64,000 nucleotides of DNA, taken from the IMG/VR virus record IMGVR_UViG_3300010050_000018, positions 2,723-66,722 of that record. The stretch is one strand, 5' to 3'. This DNA is from a virus (lineage: Duplodnaviria; Caudoviricetes). Numbering within the stretch: position 1 is the stretch's first letter; every line of letters starts with the position of its first letter. The notes beneath the pieces were generated by a model. It saw only the letters and a program-made list of their open reading frames with translations, had not been told where the DNA came from and did not search any database. Positions 42,041 through 52,400 of this stretch are shown piece by piece. The translations under genes were made by a program, and so were the position numbers.

Positions 42041-45000
42041 ATGGCCTGTATCGTCGTCGGTTCCGCGGTTGGTTCAGCCAACCCGACCACATCGTTTACG
42101 GTCACGATTCCGTCGACGGTGCGCACCGGCGATATTCTGCTCTTTGCGGCGACGAACCGGGACGCGACGGCGGCCCCGTCTGTCACCGATGATGACACCG
42201 GCGGCAATAGCTGGACGAAGAAGAACAGCGAGACCTCCAAGGGCTCGTTGTGGTGGAAGCGGGCGACATCGGGCACAGCCGGCAAGACCATTACTGCGTC
42301 CGGGTTCACTGGATCTTCGGCTGGCGGCGTGGTCGTTCTCCGATATGCGCTGCCGAGCGGCGATCCGTTCGATACCTACACGCTCGAGGACAATATCTCG
42401 GGCAACGAGACCCATGCGGCGATTGCGCCAAGCGTCGACAACTGCATGGTTGGCCTCATCGTCTACAACGTCGCCAACGACAATGCCGTCTCGACACAGA
42501 ACTGCACCGATCCGGCAGCGCTGACGGAGCGCTTCGAGCATCTGAGTACCGGCGGTTCGGACTGCGCCGTTTCACTGGCCTGCTCGTCACAGACGACTGC
42601 TGCGTCCACCGGTTCTTTCACATGGGCACAGACCAACGGTGTGACGGTCTCGATTGCGTTTGCGATCAAGCCTGATCCCAACGTCGTTATCTCGTTTATC
42701 ACGACGACAGGCAGCGGAACCTGGACCAAGCCCGGCGACTGGTCCGACGACAACTGCATCGAGGTCATCGCCGGTGGCGGTGCCGGTGAAGATGTCACCG
42801 GCGGTGGCGGCGGTGGCGGCGCCTATTCGGCTTCGTACAATGTTACCTCGCTTGGTCCGACCGAAGATGTCGTCGTCGGTACGGGCGGCGCAACGAGCTC
42901 TGCAAATGGTGCCGACACCGTCTTTGGCGGCACGACGCTGGCAAATGGCAAGGTCACGGCTAAGGCTGGTGCTGGTTCAACTGGAACGGCAGGCGCGGCA
43001 GGCGGCGACACCTCCGGTATCGGGGATGTCAAATATGCCGGCGGCAACGGCGGTACCGGTGACAGTGGTGGCCAAGGTGCCGGCGGCGGCGGCGCCGGTG
43101 GCATCGGAGGCGCCGGCAAGAACGGCGGCAACGCTGCTACGGGATCCAATGATGGCGGTGGCGGCGGCGGTGGTGCCGGCGGCAACATGTCCACTGCGGG
43201 CACCAATGGCGGGGCCAACGGTAGCCCTGGTGGTGCTGGACCATATGGAAATGGTGGCGGTGCTGGCGGGTCAGGTGCGGGCACTGGCGGTGCCGTAGGC
43301 GGTGGTGGTGGCGGTGGTGTAGCCGCTGGCGCGGCGGGTGGTGCCGGCGTCGAATGGGACAATACCCATGGCTCCGGCGGCGGTGGCGGTGGCGGCGGTT
43401 TCGATGGTGGCGCCGGCGGTGCTGGTGCGCTTTACGGCGGCGGCGGTGGTGGCGGCGGCGATACCGGAAACGGTGGCATCGGCGGCCAAGGCATCATCGT
43501 CATCACCTATCTGGCATCTTCGGGATCAGCAGGCGCAGCCAGCGGCACCGGAACAGCGACGGGCGCCGGCACAGGAATTGGAACCGCTAGCGCCTCGGCA
43601 GCCGGAACCGGCACGGCGACCGCAACTGGTCGAGCAACTGGTGAAGGCGTCGGCGCATCTTCCGGCGCCGGAACTGCGACGTCGGTCGGGATCAAGATCG
43701 ACGCCGCAGTTGGTGCCGGGACGGGTTCTGGATCCGCATCTGGCACCTGTCGCTCCACTGCAGCCGGTACGGGCGCAGCATCGGCCTCAGGAGGCGCCAC
43801 AGCGCAAGGCGCCTCCACGGCCGCCGGTTCATCGGCAGCATCAGGTATAGGCACCGCAGCGGGTACCGGCGCCGCCACAACGGCGGGTGTCGGGGCCATA
43901 TCCTCGGCAGGAACGGCCACCGGCATAGGATCCGGCATAGGATTGGCCGCAGGCGCTTCCACGGGGGCCGCGACAGCAACTGCCGCTGCAACCTCAGTCA
44001 CGATATCCAGCGGCGGCGGAGCATCCGGCGGGACCTCTGTCGTTTCGGCAGCCGGACAATCGATCGCAGCAGGAGCCGGCGCTGCCGTTGGGCTCGCGTC
44101 GGTGGTGGCTACCGGCCGACCGATTGCTGCCGCCATAGGATCGGCGAGCAGCTCGGGCCAAGCAAGCGCCGGGGGAGCCGCAACAGGAGCAGGTTCGGGA
44201 TCAAGCAGCGTAACCGCATCGGTCCAGGCCACTGGTCGGGGCACGGCGGCATCTGCCGGCTCGGCTTCAGGTGTCAGTGTCGTCGCAGTAGCTGGGGCCT
44301 CGATCTCGGCTGGCGCAGGTGTCGCCTCGGGCTCGTCGAGCGTATCCGGGCTGTCGTCGCAGGCCAGCACAGGTCAGGCGTCGGGCAGCGGCAGTGTTTC
44401 AGGTGTCGGCACCGCGGTTGCCAGCGCAGCCGGGCTTTCGGCCTGTACAGGCAACGGCGCCGGCGTCGGGCGTGCGACCGCTGCTTCGACGGCATCTGCC
44501 AGCGGTGGTGGTTCTGCAGACGCTCAGGGCGCCGGCATCGCCGGGGCCTCCGCAACATCGTCCGGCACCGCGCAGGCCTCTGCAGCAGGATCCGCAATCA
44601 TTGCGCGAGCCGGATCGGCGACTTGCACCGCTGTAGTGGCCGCAAACGGTGGCTCGGTCTCCGCAGCAATCGGGGTCACGACAGGTTTTGGCGATGCCGA
44701 CGGCATGTCCTCGGCGATCGGCGCCGGCGTCGCGATATCAAGCGGGTTCGGCGTCGCTCTGTCGATCGGCTCCGCGGTTGCCGAAGCCGAAGGCACCTCG
44801 TCCGGCCAGTCGTCGGCTTCCGGGGCAGGTCATGCGCTCCAGGAGTCCCCGACGCCGCCGGAACGGATAGCCGAGCTCGCCGCAGAAAACAGACGTTCCG
44901 TGATTGCCGGCGAGAACCGGCTGCGCGTCCTCGATGCCGAAAACCGCCGCAGCGTTCTGGGGGCCGAAGATCGACGGCTCATCCTGGGTAACGAAGATCG

Positions 45001-45043
45001 AAGCACCGAGCTGCCGGCCGAAGCGAGGCGCAGGGCGATATGA
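42041..45043 (+). CDS. 1000-aa Gly-rich / Ala-Ser-Gly-Thr repeat fibre protein
   Basis: Beta-rich N-domain; poly-Gly domain ending GGQGIIVITY; about 450 aa of low-complexity repeats; C-terminal 9-aa repeats. Confidence 0.8.
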   Translation: MACIVVGSAVGSANPTTSFTVTIPSTVRTGDILLFAATNRDATAAPSVTDDDTGGNSWTKKNSETSKGSLWWKRATSGTAGKTITASGFTGSSAGGVVVLRYALPSGDPFDTYTLEDNISGNETHAAIAPSVDNCMVGLIVYNVANDNAVSTQNCTDPAALTERFEHLSTGGSDCAVSLACSSQTTAASTGSFTWAQTNGVTVSIAFAIKPDPNVVISFITTTGSGTWTKPGDWSDDNCIEVIAGGGAGEDVTGGGGGGGAYSASYNVTSLGPTEDVVVGTGGATSSANGADTVFGGTTLANGKVTAKAGAGSTGTAGAAGGDTSGIGDVKYAGGNGGTGDSGGQGAGGGGAGGIGGAGKNGGNAATGSNDGGGGGGGAGGNMSTAGTNGGANGSPGGAGPYGNGGGAGGSGAGTGGAVGGGGGGGVAAGAAGGAGVEWDNTHGSGGGGGGGGFDGGAGGAGALYGGGGGGGGDTGNGGIGGQGIIVITYLASSGSAGAASGTGTATGAGTGIGTASASAAGTGTATATGRATGEGVGASSGAGTATSVGIKIDAAVGAGTGSGSASGTCRSTAAGTGAASASGGATAQGASTAAGSSAASGIGTAAGTGAATTAGVGAISSAGTATGIGSGIGLAAGASTGAATATAAATSVTISSGGGASGGTSVVSAAGQSIAAGAGAAVGLASVVATGRPIAAAIGSASSSGQASAGGAATGAGSGSSSVTASVQATGRGTAASAGSASGVSVVAVAGASISAGAGVASGSSSVSGLSSQASTGQASGSGSVSGVGTAVASAAGLSACTGNGAGVGRATAASTASASGGGSADAQGAGIAGASATSSGTAQASAAGSAIIARAGSATCTAVVAANGGSVSAAIGVTTGFGDADGMSSAIGAGVAISSGFGVALSIGSAVAEAEGTSSGQSSASGAGHALQESPTPPERIAELAAENRRSVIAGENRLRVLDAENRRSVLGAEDRRLILGNEDRSTELPAEARRRAI
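44875..45040 (+). repeat. Six degenerate 27-bp (9-aa xxAENRxxx) tandem repeats
   Basis: LAAENRRSV IAGENRLRV LDAENRRSV LGAEDRRLI LGNEDRSTE LPAEARRRA. Confidence 0.8.
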
Positions 45044-45055
45044 AAGGTTTGACCG

Positions 45056-45337
45056 ATGGCTGAGGTCTGGGAGGCCCCAAAGGATCCCGATGACATCAAG
45101 GATTATGAGCTCGATTGGACCGCTCGGCTTCCCGGCGACACGATCTCGGCGTCGACGTGGTCAATTGCGAACGGCGTCGGGCTCGTCATCGACAGCTCGT
45201 CGTTCACGAACACTGTGACCGTGGTCTGGTTATCCGCAGGGACCGCCGGTGTCACCTATGAGCTCCTCAATCGTGTCGAGACCTCAGGCGGCCGAACCTA
45301 CGATCAGACGATGAAGTTGAAGGTGAAGGCGCGATGA
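45056..45337 (+). CDS. Putative fibre adaptor protein
   Basis: KDPDDIKDYELDW...ISASTW...WLSAGTAGVTY...T..GRT motif pattern. Confidence 0.7.
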   Translation: MAEVWEAPKDPDDIKDYELDWTARLPGDTISASTWSIANGVGLVIDSSSFTNTVTVVWLSAGTAGVTYELLNRVETSGGRTYDQTMKLKVKAR

Positions 45338-45657
45338 CGCCGGCGGACATGATCGCCGAGCTCGATGGTGCCCTCGCTTTCGCGGGGTCGGATGTCGTGC
45401 TCCGGAAGACGAATTCCGCGGTGGGACAGATCACGGTTCGCGCCCGGGTTCGCTTCTACAAGCCCGACGAGATCGCCGGCATCATCCAGCAGGGCGACAG
45501 CAAGGTCGTGCTGTCGCCTACCGGCCTCGATGCATTCGGGGTGCCGCCGCAGAACGGATTCGTTGTCGTCGACGGGTCACCGCGCCGGATCATCGCTCCG
45601 AACCCGATCAGGATCCAGGGCACGTTGGTGCGGATCGAACTGCAGGTCCGAGGCTGA
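45334..45657 (+). CDS. Head closure / head-tail joining protein
   Basis: GSDVVLR...IQQGDSKVVL...IELQVRG. Confidence 0.75.
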   Translation: MTPADMIAELDGALAFAGSDVVLRKTNSAVGQITVRARVRFYKPDEIAGIIQQGDSKVVLSPTGLDAFGVPPQNGFVVVDGSPRRIIAPNPIRIQGTLVRIELQVRG

Positions 45658-46250
45658 TGGTCCGCTCTGTTGGCATCGCCCAGCAATTCAGCATCGCGAC
45701 CAAGGCAACGCTCGAGGCGACCCGAAAGCAGATCGTCAAGGTCGCCAAACGCGAGCACGCCCGCGTCATGGGGACTGATCCCATCCCGACATCGTTTCAA
45801 CGATACGTCGACGGCCGGCTCGGCGCCGCCGAAGAAAGCGTCGAAGCCGACGGCGTCATCCACTACGTCTACCCGCGCCTCGATATCGTGGCGCAGTTCG
45901 CGATGGAGACCCTGTTCGATCGGTCTCCGGTGCTCTCCGGCGAATACCGGATGGCGCACCAGCTTTTCCTGAACGGAACCGCGGTGGCGAACCTGAAGGG
46001 CTGGAAGTCGGGCGACGAGGTCTCGATCAGCAATCCGTTGCCATACAGCCGGAAAATCGAGGTCGGGGCGATGAAGATGCGGGTTCCCGGCACCTCACGG
46101 GTCTATCAGGAAGCCGCCAGGATCGTTCAGAGCCGACACGGCAATCTTGCCAAGGTCACCTTCACCTTTCGCGCCGTCGTCGGTGGTGCCGTCCGGGGAT
46201 CGAAGGCCCGCGACCTCCGATATCCGGTCCTCGTCATCACGGAACGCTAG
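45657..46250 (+). CDS. Tail completion (neck) protein
   Basis: SPVLSGEYR...ISNPLPYSRKIE; position. Confidence 0.7.
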   Translation: MVRSVGIAQQFSIATKATLEATRKQIVKVAKREHARVMGTDPIPTSFQRYVDGRLGAAEESVEADGVIHYVYPRLDIVAQFAMETLFDRSPVLSGEYRMAHQLFLNGTAVANLKGWKSGDEVSISNPLPYSRKIEVGAMKMRVPGTSRVYQEAARIVQSRHGNLAKVTFTFRAVVGGAVRGSKARDLRYPVLVITER

Positions 46251-46252
46251 AC

Positions 46253-46705
46253 ATGGCCGACTACGCAGGAGCCAAGGCCGCGATCCGATCGCGGCTTGAG
46301 GCGAATTGGGTGACAACTCGCCTTTCATTCCAAAACGAGCAGCCCCCCGCTCCCTGGCCGCCGACCAATGGAGACGGCGAGCTGCTGCCGTGGGCCCAAC
46401 TCGAAATCGCAAGCCTCGGTAGCCAGATCTGGACCTTTGGCACCGAGGGGAACCGGGGCTGGCGGTACGATGGGCTGATCTATGTCCACGTCTTCACGCC
46501 GGTTGGCGACGGCGAGGCCCTTGCGAACCAACACGCCGTCGCGATCGGCGAGATCTTCCGCGCCGCGAAGTTCTACGACGACGGACAGGGTTCCTACATC
46601 CGCAGCCTTTCACCGCAGGTCGACGACGGCGACAGCGGGTCCGACGACGGGAATTGGTTCCGCGTCACGATGACCGTCGATTTCACCTACTGGCATCGCG
46701 GCTGA
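46253..46705 (+). CDS. Tail terminator protein
   Basis: GLIYVHVFTPVGDG...GEIFR...WFRVTMTVDF. Confidence 0.75.
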   Translation: MADYAGAKAAIRSRLEANWVTTRLSFQNEQPPAPWPPTNGDGELLPWAQLEIASLGSQIWTFGTEGNRGWRYDGLIYVHVFTPVGDGEALANQHAVAIGEIFRAAKFYDDGQGSYIRSLSPQVDDGDSGSDDGNWFRVTMTVDFTYWHRG

Positions 46706-46729
46706 TCCGCATCTCCAAGGAGCCCAAAC

Positions 46730-47965
46730 ATGGCATATTCTCAGAATTGGAACGGCTACGCCGCTTCCAAAGTTCAGGCCGGGCTTGGCCAGCAGGCCAG
46801 CGGCGGTTCCGCCAAGGTCATCCGGCAGACCGGCGGCCAAGGCGGTCGGATGACGAAAGCCGCGATCGAGAGCCAGGAAGTCCGTCGCGACGGCATGTCG
46901 ACGCGCGGTCGGCATGGCCTACAGAAGACAAACGCGCAGTACAGCAGCGAGCTTTCCGTCGGCGGGTTCGACGACATCTTCGAGGCCGTGTTGCGGGGGA
47001 CCTGGGGCGCCGCCGATCTCGCGATCACCGAGGCCACAGCTGGGCTCACCAGCATCACGACGGACGCCAACACGATCGTGGCGGCGGCTGGTTCCTGGAT
47101 CACTGCTGGACTGCGCGTGGGTGACGTCGTCGTCCTGACCGGGCATTCATCGGCCGGCAACAACAGCCGCAACCTCAGGATCACCGGACTTACCGCAAGC
47201 ACGATCACCGTTGCCGAAACGCTGACCGTCAACGCCGTCGCCGACACCGCATTCACGATCACCCGCACCGGCCGCGTCCTCGTCAATCCTGGCGCCGGCA
47301 ACCTGGTGAGGCGCTACTTCACTGTCGAAGAGCACGAATACGATCTCGACCAGTCCGAGCTCTTCACGGATTGCATCTGGTCGAGCTTCAGGCTCTCGAT
47401 GCAGCCCAACGGCCTCCTGCTGCTCGATACCTCCTGGGTGGGCACCGGAAGGTTCGAAGCCTTGGCGTCGGGTTCCTCCCCGCATTTCACGTCGCCGGTG
47501 ACGTCGACGGGGGAGCCGCTCGCTGTTGTCGAGGCTGTCGTCAGGATGGGTGGCGTCGATTTCCTCGATCTGACGTCATTCGACCTCTCCGTCGATGCCC
47601 AGGCTGTGGCTCCAGACGTCATCAGCGCGTCGCCTTATGCACCGGATGTGTTCACGGGCACCGAGATGGTGTCGATGAACCTCAGCGTCCTGCGGAAGGA
47701 CCTGCTCTCCGTCGCCGACTTCATCGACGAGAACCCGCTGTCGCTGCATATCCTGGCACAGGAGAACGAGGCCGCACCGGCAAGCTTCGTGTCGATCCAC
47801 ATCCCGAACTTCACGCTGGGTTCCGTCGACAAGTCAGCGCTTGCAAAGGCAGGCGGCCCCCGCACCCAGACTATATCGGTGCCGGCGGCGCTCGTCGGTG
47901 TCGACAACAGGGGCGGCGCCTATGACGCCACCCAGATCAAGATCCAGGTCAGCAACGCGACCTGA
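46730..47965 (+). CDS. Major tail tube protein with Ig-like insert
   Basis: IESQEVRRDG...ELS..GFDDIFEAVLRGTW; YFTVEE; position. Confidence 0.85.
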   Translation: MAYSQNWNGYAASKVQAGLGQQASGGSAKVIRQTGGQGGRMTKAAIESQEVRRDGMSTRGRHGLQKTNAQYSSELSVGGFDDIFEAVLRGTWGAADLAITEATAGLTSITTDANTIVAAAGSWITAGLRVGDVVVLTGHSSAGNNSRNLRITGLTASTITVAETLTVNAVADTAFTITRTGRVLVNPGAGNLVRRYFTVEEHEYDLDQSELFTDCIWSSFRLSMQPNGLLLLDTSWVGTGRFEALASGSSPHFTSPVTSTGEPLAVVEAVVRMGGVDFLDLTSFDLSVDAQAVAPDVISASPYAPDVFTGTEMVSMNLSVLRKDLLSVADFIDENPLSLHILAQENEAAPASFVSIHIPNFTLGSVDKSALAKAGGPRTQTISVPAALVGVDNRGGAYDATQIKIQVSNAT

Positions 47966-47966
47966 T

Positions 47967-48281
47967 CTATCGGGTCCGCCTGATCGCAGCACAGGTCCCG
48001 GCGACCTCGCCGGGATACTTAGCGAGCCCCTCAGATATCTCGCCCATCGCCTTCTTCACCCGAACGGTCAGCGCGGGGATCGTGATCCCGTACTTCGTAG
48101 CCGTTGCAGTCATCGCGGCGTCCCATCGCGCCTTGGTGTTGAGACCGCACAGTCTCGGCGCCAGGGCGAGCAGCGCGATGGCGTCGACATCACCTCGAGG
48201 CGGGTTCTTGGCGAGGCTTGGTGAGCTGGTCGACACGAGCAGCACCATAAACGCCGGCATCAGCAATGATCTGCGGGCCAT
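47967..48281 (-). CDS. Secreted/periplasmic protein moron
   Basis: Signal peptide MARRSLLMPAFMVLLVSTSSPSLA; two Cys; antisense within tail operon. Confidence 0.6.
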   Translation of the reverse strand: MARRSLLMPAFMVLLVSTSSPSLAKNPPRGDVDAIALLALAPRLCGLNTKARWDAAMTATATKYGITIPALTVRVKKAMGEISEGLAKYPGEVAGTCAAIRRTR

Positions 48282-48325
48282 GCCCTTTGATCTCCAGTCC
48301 GATGAACCAGAGAAAGGTAGTCATC

Positions 48326-48517
48326 ATGAAAGCGAAGGAAAAGGCCATCCGTGATGCCGCCGAGGCGCTGCGCGTCGCGATCGTTGACGGTGCAACATCA
48401 GGCATCGTCGTGACCTGGCCGCCGCGCCGTGTCGGCGATCTCGCCGCGCTTGCGATCAGCGAGACCGGCAAGGCAGCGGACGAGCCCGCTGAAAGCAAGG
48501 CACCTCCAAAGAAATAG
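48326..48517 (+). CDS. Small hypothetical protein
   Basis: AAAGG RBS; 63 aa. Confidence 0.55.
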   Translation: MKAKEKAIRDAAEALRVAIVDGATSGIVVTWPPRRVGDLAALAISETGKAADEPAESKAPPKK

Positions 48518-48614
48518 TCCCGATCCGGCCCCACAGCCGGGCGAAGTCGCATGCGACCGGCGGGGCGGCTTGTGGGAGCCGCCTCGCCACCCTTCCCCAC
48601 AAAGGATTGTCCCC

Positions 48615-49079
48615 ATGGCAATGAAAACTGAAGATGAATTCGTTGATCTCTCCGGCATCGTGCCCGTGGACGTCATCCACTACGAGATATTGAAACCAGG
48701 AACCACCGAGGGCTCTGGCTGGTTCATCGAAATCGCCGATGCGAGCCATCCCCAGGCCGTGGCCTGGTCGAACGAATCCGCTCGCAAGAGCATGAAGCGC
48801 CAGGCCGCCATCGAGGCGCAGCAGCTCAACGGCCGAAAGATCAAGGCCGAGGAACGTGACCCCGAAGAGCAAAAGCGAGAAAACATCGGCTGGATTGTCA
48901 GCCGGATCGTGGGATGGACCCCCGTCAAGCTCGCCTTTATCTCGCCGGAGCCGATCCATTATTCGCAGGAGGCCGCATACAAGGTCCTCCTCCACCCGAA
49001 AATGGGATTCGCTCTGATCCAGCTCATCGATGTCATCGGTGATGACAAGGCTTTTACGAAGGCCTCAGCGACAAGCTAG
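48615..49079 (+). CDS. Tail assembly chaperone G
   Basis: AAAGGA RBS; between tail tube and tape measure; ends DKAFTKASATS. Confidence 0.85.
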   Translation: MAMKTEDEFVDLSGIVPVDVIHYEILKPGTTEGSGWFIEIADASHPQAVAWSNESARKSMKRQAAIEAQQLNGRKIKAEERDPEEQKRENIGWIVSRIVGWTPVKLAFISPEPIHYSQEAAYKVLLHPKMGFALIQLIDVIGDDKAFTKASATS

Positions 49080-49438
49080 AGGCCCACGCGAAGGCATATT
49101 TTGCGCTCACCGCGCCGGACAAGGATGGCGTCTCGGCGCAGGAACACATCGAGGGCCTCCTCTTTCGAGCCCGGACGCCAGAACGCAGGGAACAGCTCGA
49201 ACAGGATCTCGACCTCCCCCCGCTGCCATGGTGTCTCGTCTATCTCTGGAACCGGTTCACCCGGCTTTCGAACCGTCGCGGTAACACCGGGTTCGGTCCC
49301 TCCCTCCTCACCTATCCCGAGATCGAAGCATTCCAGCGGCTGACCGGTTTCCGGTTCACGCCGTGGGAGATCGAAATGCTCGAGATGCTTGACCACGAAT
49401 TCCTTGCGGCGCGAGCCGACGCGCAAACGGAGCAATAG
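49052..49438 (+). CDS. Tail assembly chaperone T segment (reached by -1 frameshift)
   Basis: Start-less -1 frame FYEGLSDKL...PPLPWCLVYLWNRF...GFGPSLLTYPEIEAFQRLTG...TPWEIEML; slip at GCT TTT ACG (49050-49058). Confidence 0.85.
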   Translation, partial: FYEGLSDKLEAHAKAYFALTAPDKDGVSAQEHIEGLLFRARTPERREQLEQDLDLPPLPWCLVYLWNRFTRLSNRRGNTGFGPSLLTYPEIEAFQRLTGFRFTPWEIEMLEMLDHEFLAARADAQTEQ

Positions 49439-49439
49439 T

Positions 49440-52400
49440 TTGAACCAGGTCGTAACCGAACTCACCATTGATGCCCGTGGGGCTCAGCAGGGTTCGGCTG
49501 AATACGTCCGTGCCATGGCCGTCGCCCAGGCCGCCGTCGACCGGTTGATGGACCGCGAGGCCAAGCTTGCCGCCGGCGCCGGCAAGGCCACCGAAATGAT
49601 GATGGCGCAGTCGTCTTCATTGGGCCGCGTCGCCTCGAATTGGGATCGTCTCCGGGCTTCCATCGATCCGGTCACCCGGGCCCAGGTCGCGGCGGCCCGC
49701 GAGCTCGATCGAGCCATGCTGACCGCCGATGCCGCGGTGAAACGCGGGGTCACCACACAGCAGGATGCGGCGCGCGTGATCTCGGCGCTTCGTCAGAAGC
49801 AGATCGTCGATCTCAACGCGGTGCGAGAGGCCCAGCAGCGCCTCAATACCGCCACGGCTCAGGGTCCGGCGAACCTGAACAGGGCAGCAGCCAACCAGAA
49901 CAGGTTCGGCGCCAACCAGTTCAACACCTCGAACGTCGCGGCACAGTTCCAGGATATCGCGGTGACATCGGCGATGGGGATGTCGCCGCTGCAGATCGCG
50001 TTGCAGCAGGGCACCCAGCTATCCGCTGTTCTGGGGCAGCAAGGGGCCGCCGGCGCGGCTCGCACGCTTGGTGCCGCCCTGCTGTCGATCGTGAACCCGG
50101 TTTCGCTGATCACTATCGGGCTCGTCGGCGCCGCTGCCGCCGCGATCCAGTACTTCTCGAAGTCGAAGTCGGAGACGAAGTCGCTCGATGACGTCCTCAA
50201 AGATCACGAGAAGGCCATCGGCCGCGTCCGCGACCTCTGGGGTGAAGCCGCCGACCAGCGCAGCAAGTATGGCCGCGAAAGCACCGGGGCGGTCACCTTC
50301 GGACTCGAGAATAACCTCACCGAACTGGTGAAGCGGCTGCGCGCCGCCAACAAGACCACGATGTTCGGTGGTGGCGGCATCGGCGAAGCCGTGACGTCGG
50401 CGATCAACATGAACATGGACCTCACCGGCCTTGGTGCCCGCGAATTCCGAGGCACCACGCTCTTCAAGACGCTGCAGATCGACTTCGAGGCTCTACAGAA
50501 AGCTACGATCCAGGGCCGGCCCGACGTTCTCGGGCTCATCAAGCATCTCGAAGAGATCGGCCAGACCTCATCGAATGCAGGGATAAAGGCAATCGCGGCT
50601 GATGCCATCGCGGCGTTGGCACCGTTCAAGGAACTAGCCGAGGCGATCCAGGCCGCTGATCGCGAGCTGAAACGCCTCTTCAACGATCGTGGCCCCAATG
50701 GGATGCTGCTGTCGCGTGGCACCACCAACCGCGACGATATGGGCAATCTAGCGCTGTTCGAGGCGCAGGAGGCCATCGCGGCGGCGCGCCGTCGTGCGGC
50801 TGCCCAGGCACAGCTGGATGGCCTGCTGGCGAGATCGCCGGCAGAAAAGGCAGCGGCAGCACGGGCCGCCGCCGGGGCGCAGTACAACGACAACGAAAGT
50901 GCTGCGGCGCGCGCGGACCGCATCGACATCGCCGGCAAGATGGCTTTGGCCGACGCCGAAAAGGCGCTTGCCGAAGCGCGCCGGGAACGGGCGCGATCGC
51001 TTGAAGAGACCATGGCGTCTCAGCAGCTCGAGATCAGCCTCATCGGCCAGACCGTCGGTGAGGTCGCCAGGCTCCGGATGGAGTACGACCTCACCTCGAA
51101 GCTGCGCGAGGAAGCCGCCCGCAACGGTATCGAGGCCGATCAGAAAGAGATCGACCTCATCAAACAGAAGGCGGCCGAATACGGCCGCTACGCCGAAGAG
51201 ATCGCGCGGACCAACCTCCTGCGCGAGGTTCAGTTCGAACGCGACCAGCTCTTCCGGTCCGCCGGCGACCAGAGCATTGCGTCAAGACTGCGCGGCGCCG
51301 GGCTACCGGTCGACCTCAACTCCGATGTCGCGCGGGCGATCCGCGAGAACCAGCGCATCGAAGAGCTCCGCGCCGGCATCCGTGGATTCTTCGACGATTT
51401 CCAGGCCGGTTTGATGCGGGGCGACTCCTTCGGGAAGGCGCTTGGCAACGCGATCCTCAACGCGCTGAACCGTGTCCTCGACAAGGTGCTCGACAACCTC
51501 GTCAACTCGCTGGTGAATTCGCTGTTCGGTGGGACCTCCGGCGGCAACGCCGGCGGCGGCATCATCGGGGCCATTCTCGGTGCCATCGGCCTCGGCGGCA
51601 AATCAGGAGGCGGCAGCACCGGAGGCGACGCCTGGGGCGGCTTGCGCGACGTCACCTCCACCGTGTCGCGCCTTTTCGCGCCGGCCAACGACAACGTCAC
51701 CGGCGGCGGCGTCGCCGGGCAGGTCTGGAATTTCTTTGCCTCCAAAGGTCTGGCGGCCCATCAGATCGCTGGCATCCTCGGCAACGTGAAGGCGGAATCA
51801 GCTTTCAATCCGCTTGCCGTCGGCGATGGCGGCAAAGCCTTTGGCCTCTTTCAGCACAACGATCGCTCCGGCGCGCTGTTTGACGCCATCGGCGGCAAAG
51901 GCAATCTCGGCAACGTTCAGGCCCAGCTCGCCTTTGCATGGAAGGAGTTGCAGACCACGGAAAGCCGTGCCCTCAGCGCCTTGATGAACAGCAAGGATGT
52001 CCGTGGCGCCACCGCGGCCTTCGCCGGTTTCGAGCGGCCGAAGGGTTTCTCCTGGCAGAACCCCGAAGGCGCCCACAACTTCTCGGGCCGCCTCGCAGGC
52101 GCCGAGGAAGCCCTGCAGAAGTTCGGCGGCACAGCTGAGAAAGCGACGTCAGGCATGGTGCGCACCGGTGTGGCCGGCAACCAGGCCGCACAGGGACTGC
52201 AGCAGACCACGGGCAGCCTCGCCGGGCTGTCGCAACAGATCCAGACCTTCATGTCGTCGGCGCAGGGTGGCGGGTCATCGTGGTTCCAGAATCTCGCCGG
52301 CATGTTCGGCGGCGCCGGTGGTGCCTTCAGCTTCATGAGCGGGATTTCCCCGCTGGCGACGGCCGACATCCTGTCGGGGTCGTGGGGGCTCTTCCACGAC

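Noticed and set aside
42780-43500. GGC/GGT-rich DNA as possible contingency repeat or G-quadruplex
   Set aside because: Explained by poly-glycine coding with mixed synonymous codons.
51681-51698. ANDN peptide resembling the alphaproteobacterial tmRNA tag (also near 42470)
   Set aside because: Only four residues, internal to proteins, with no tmRNA structure around it.
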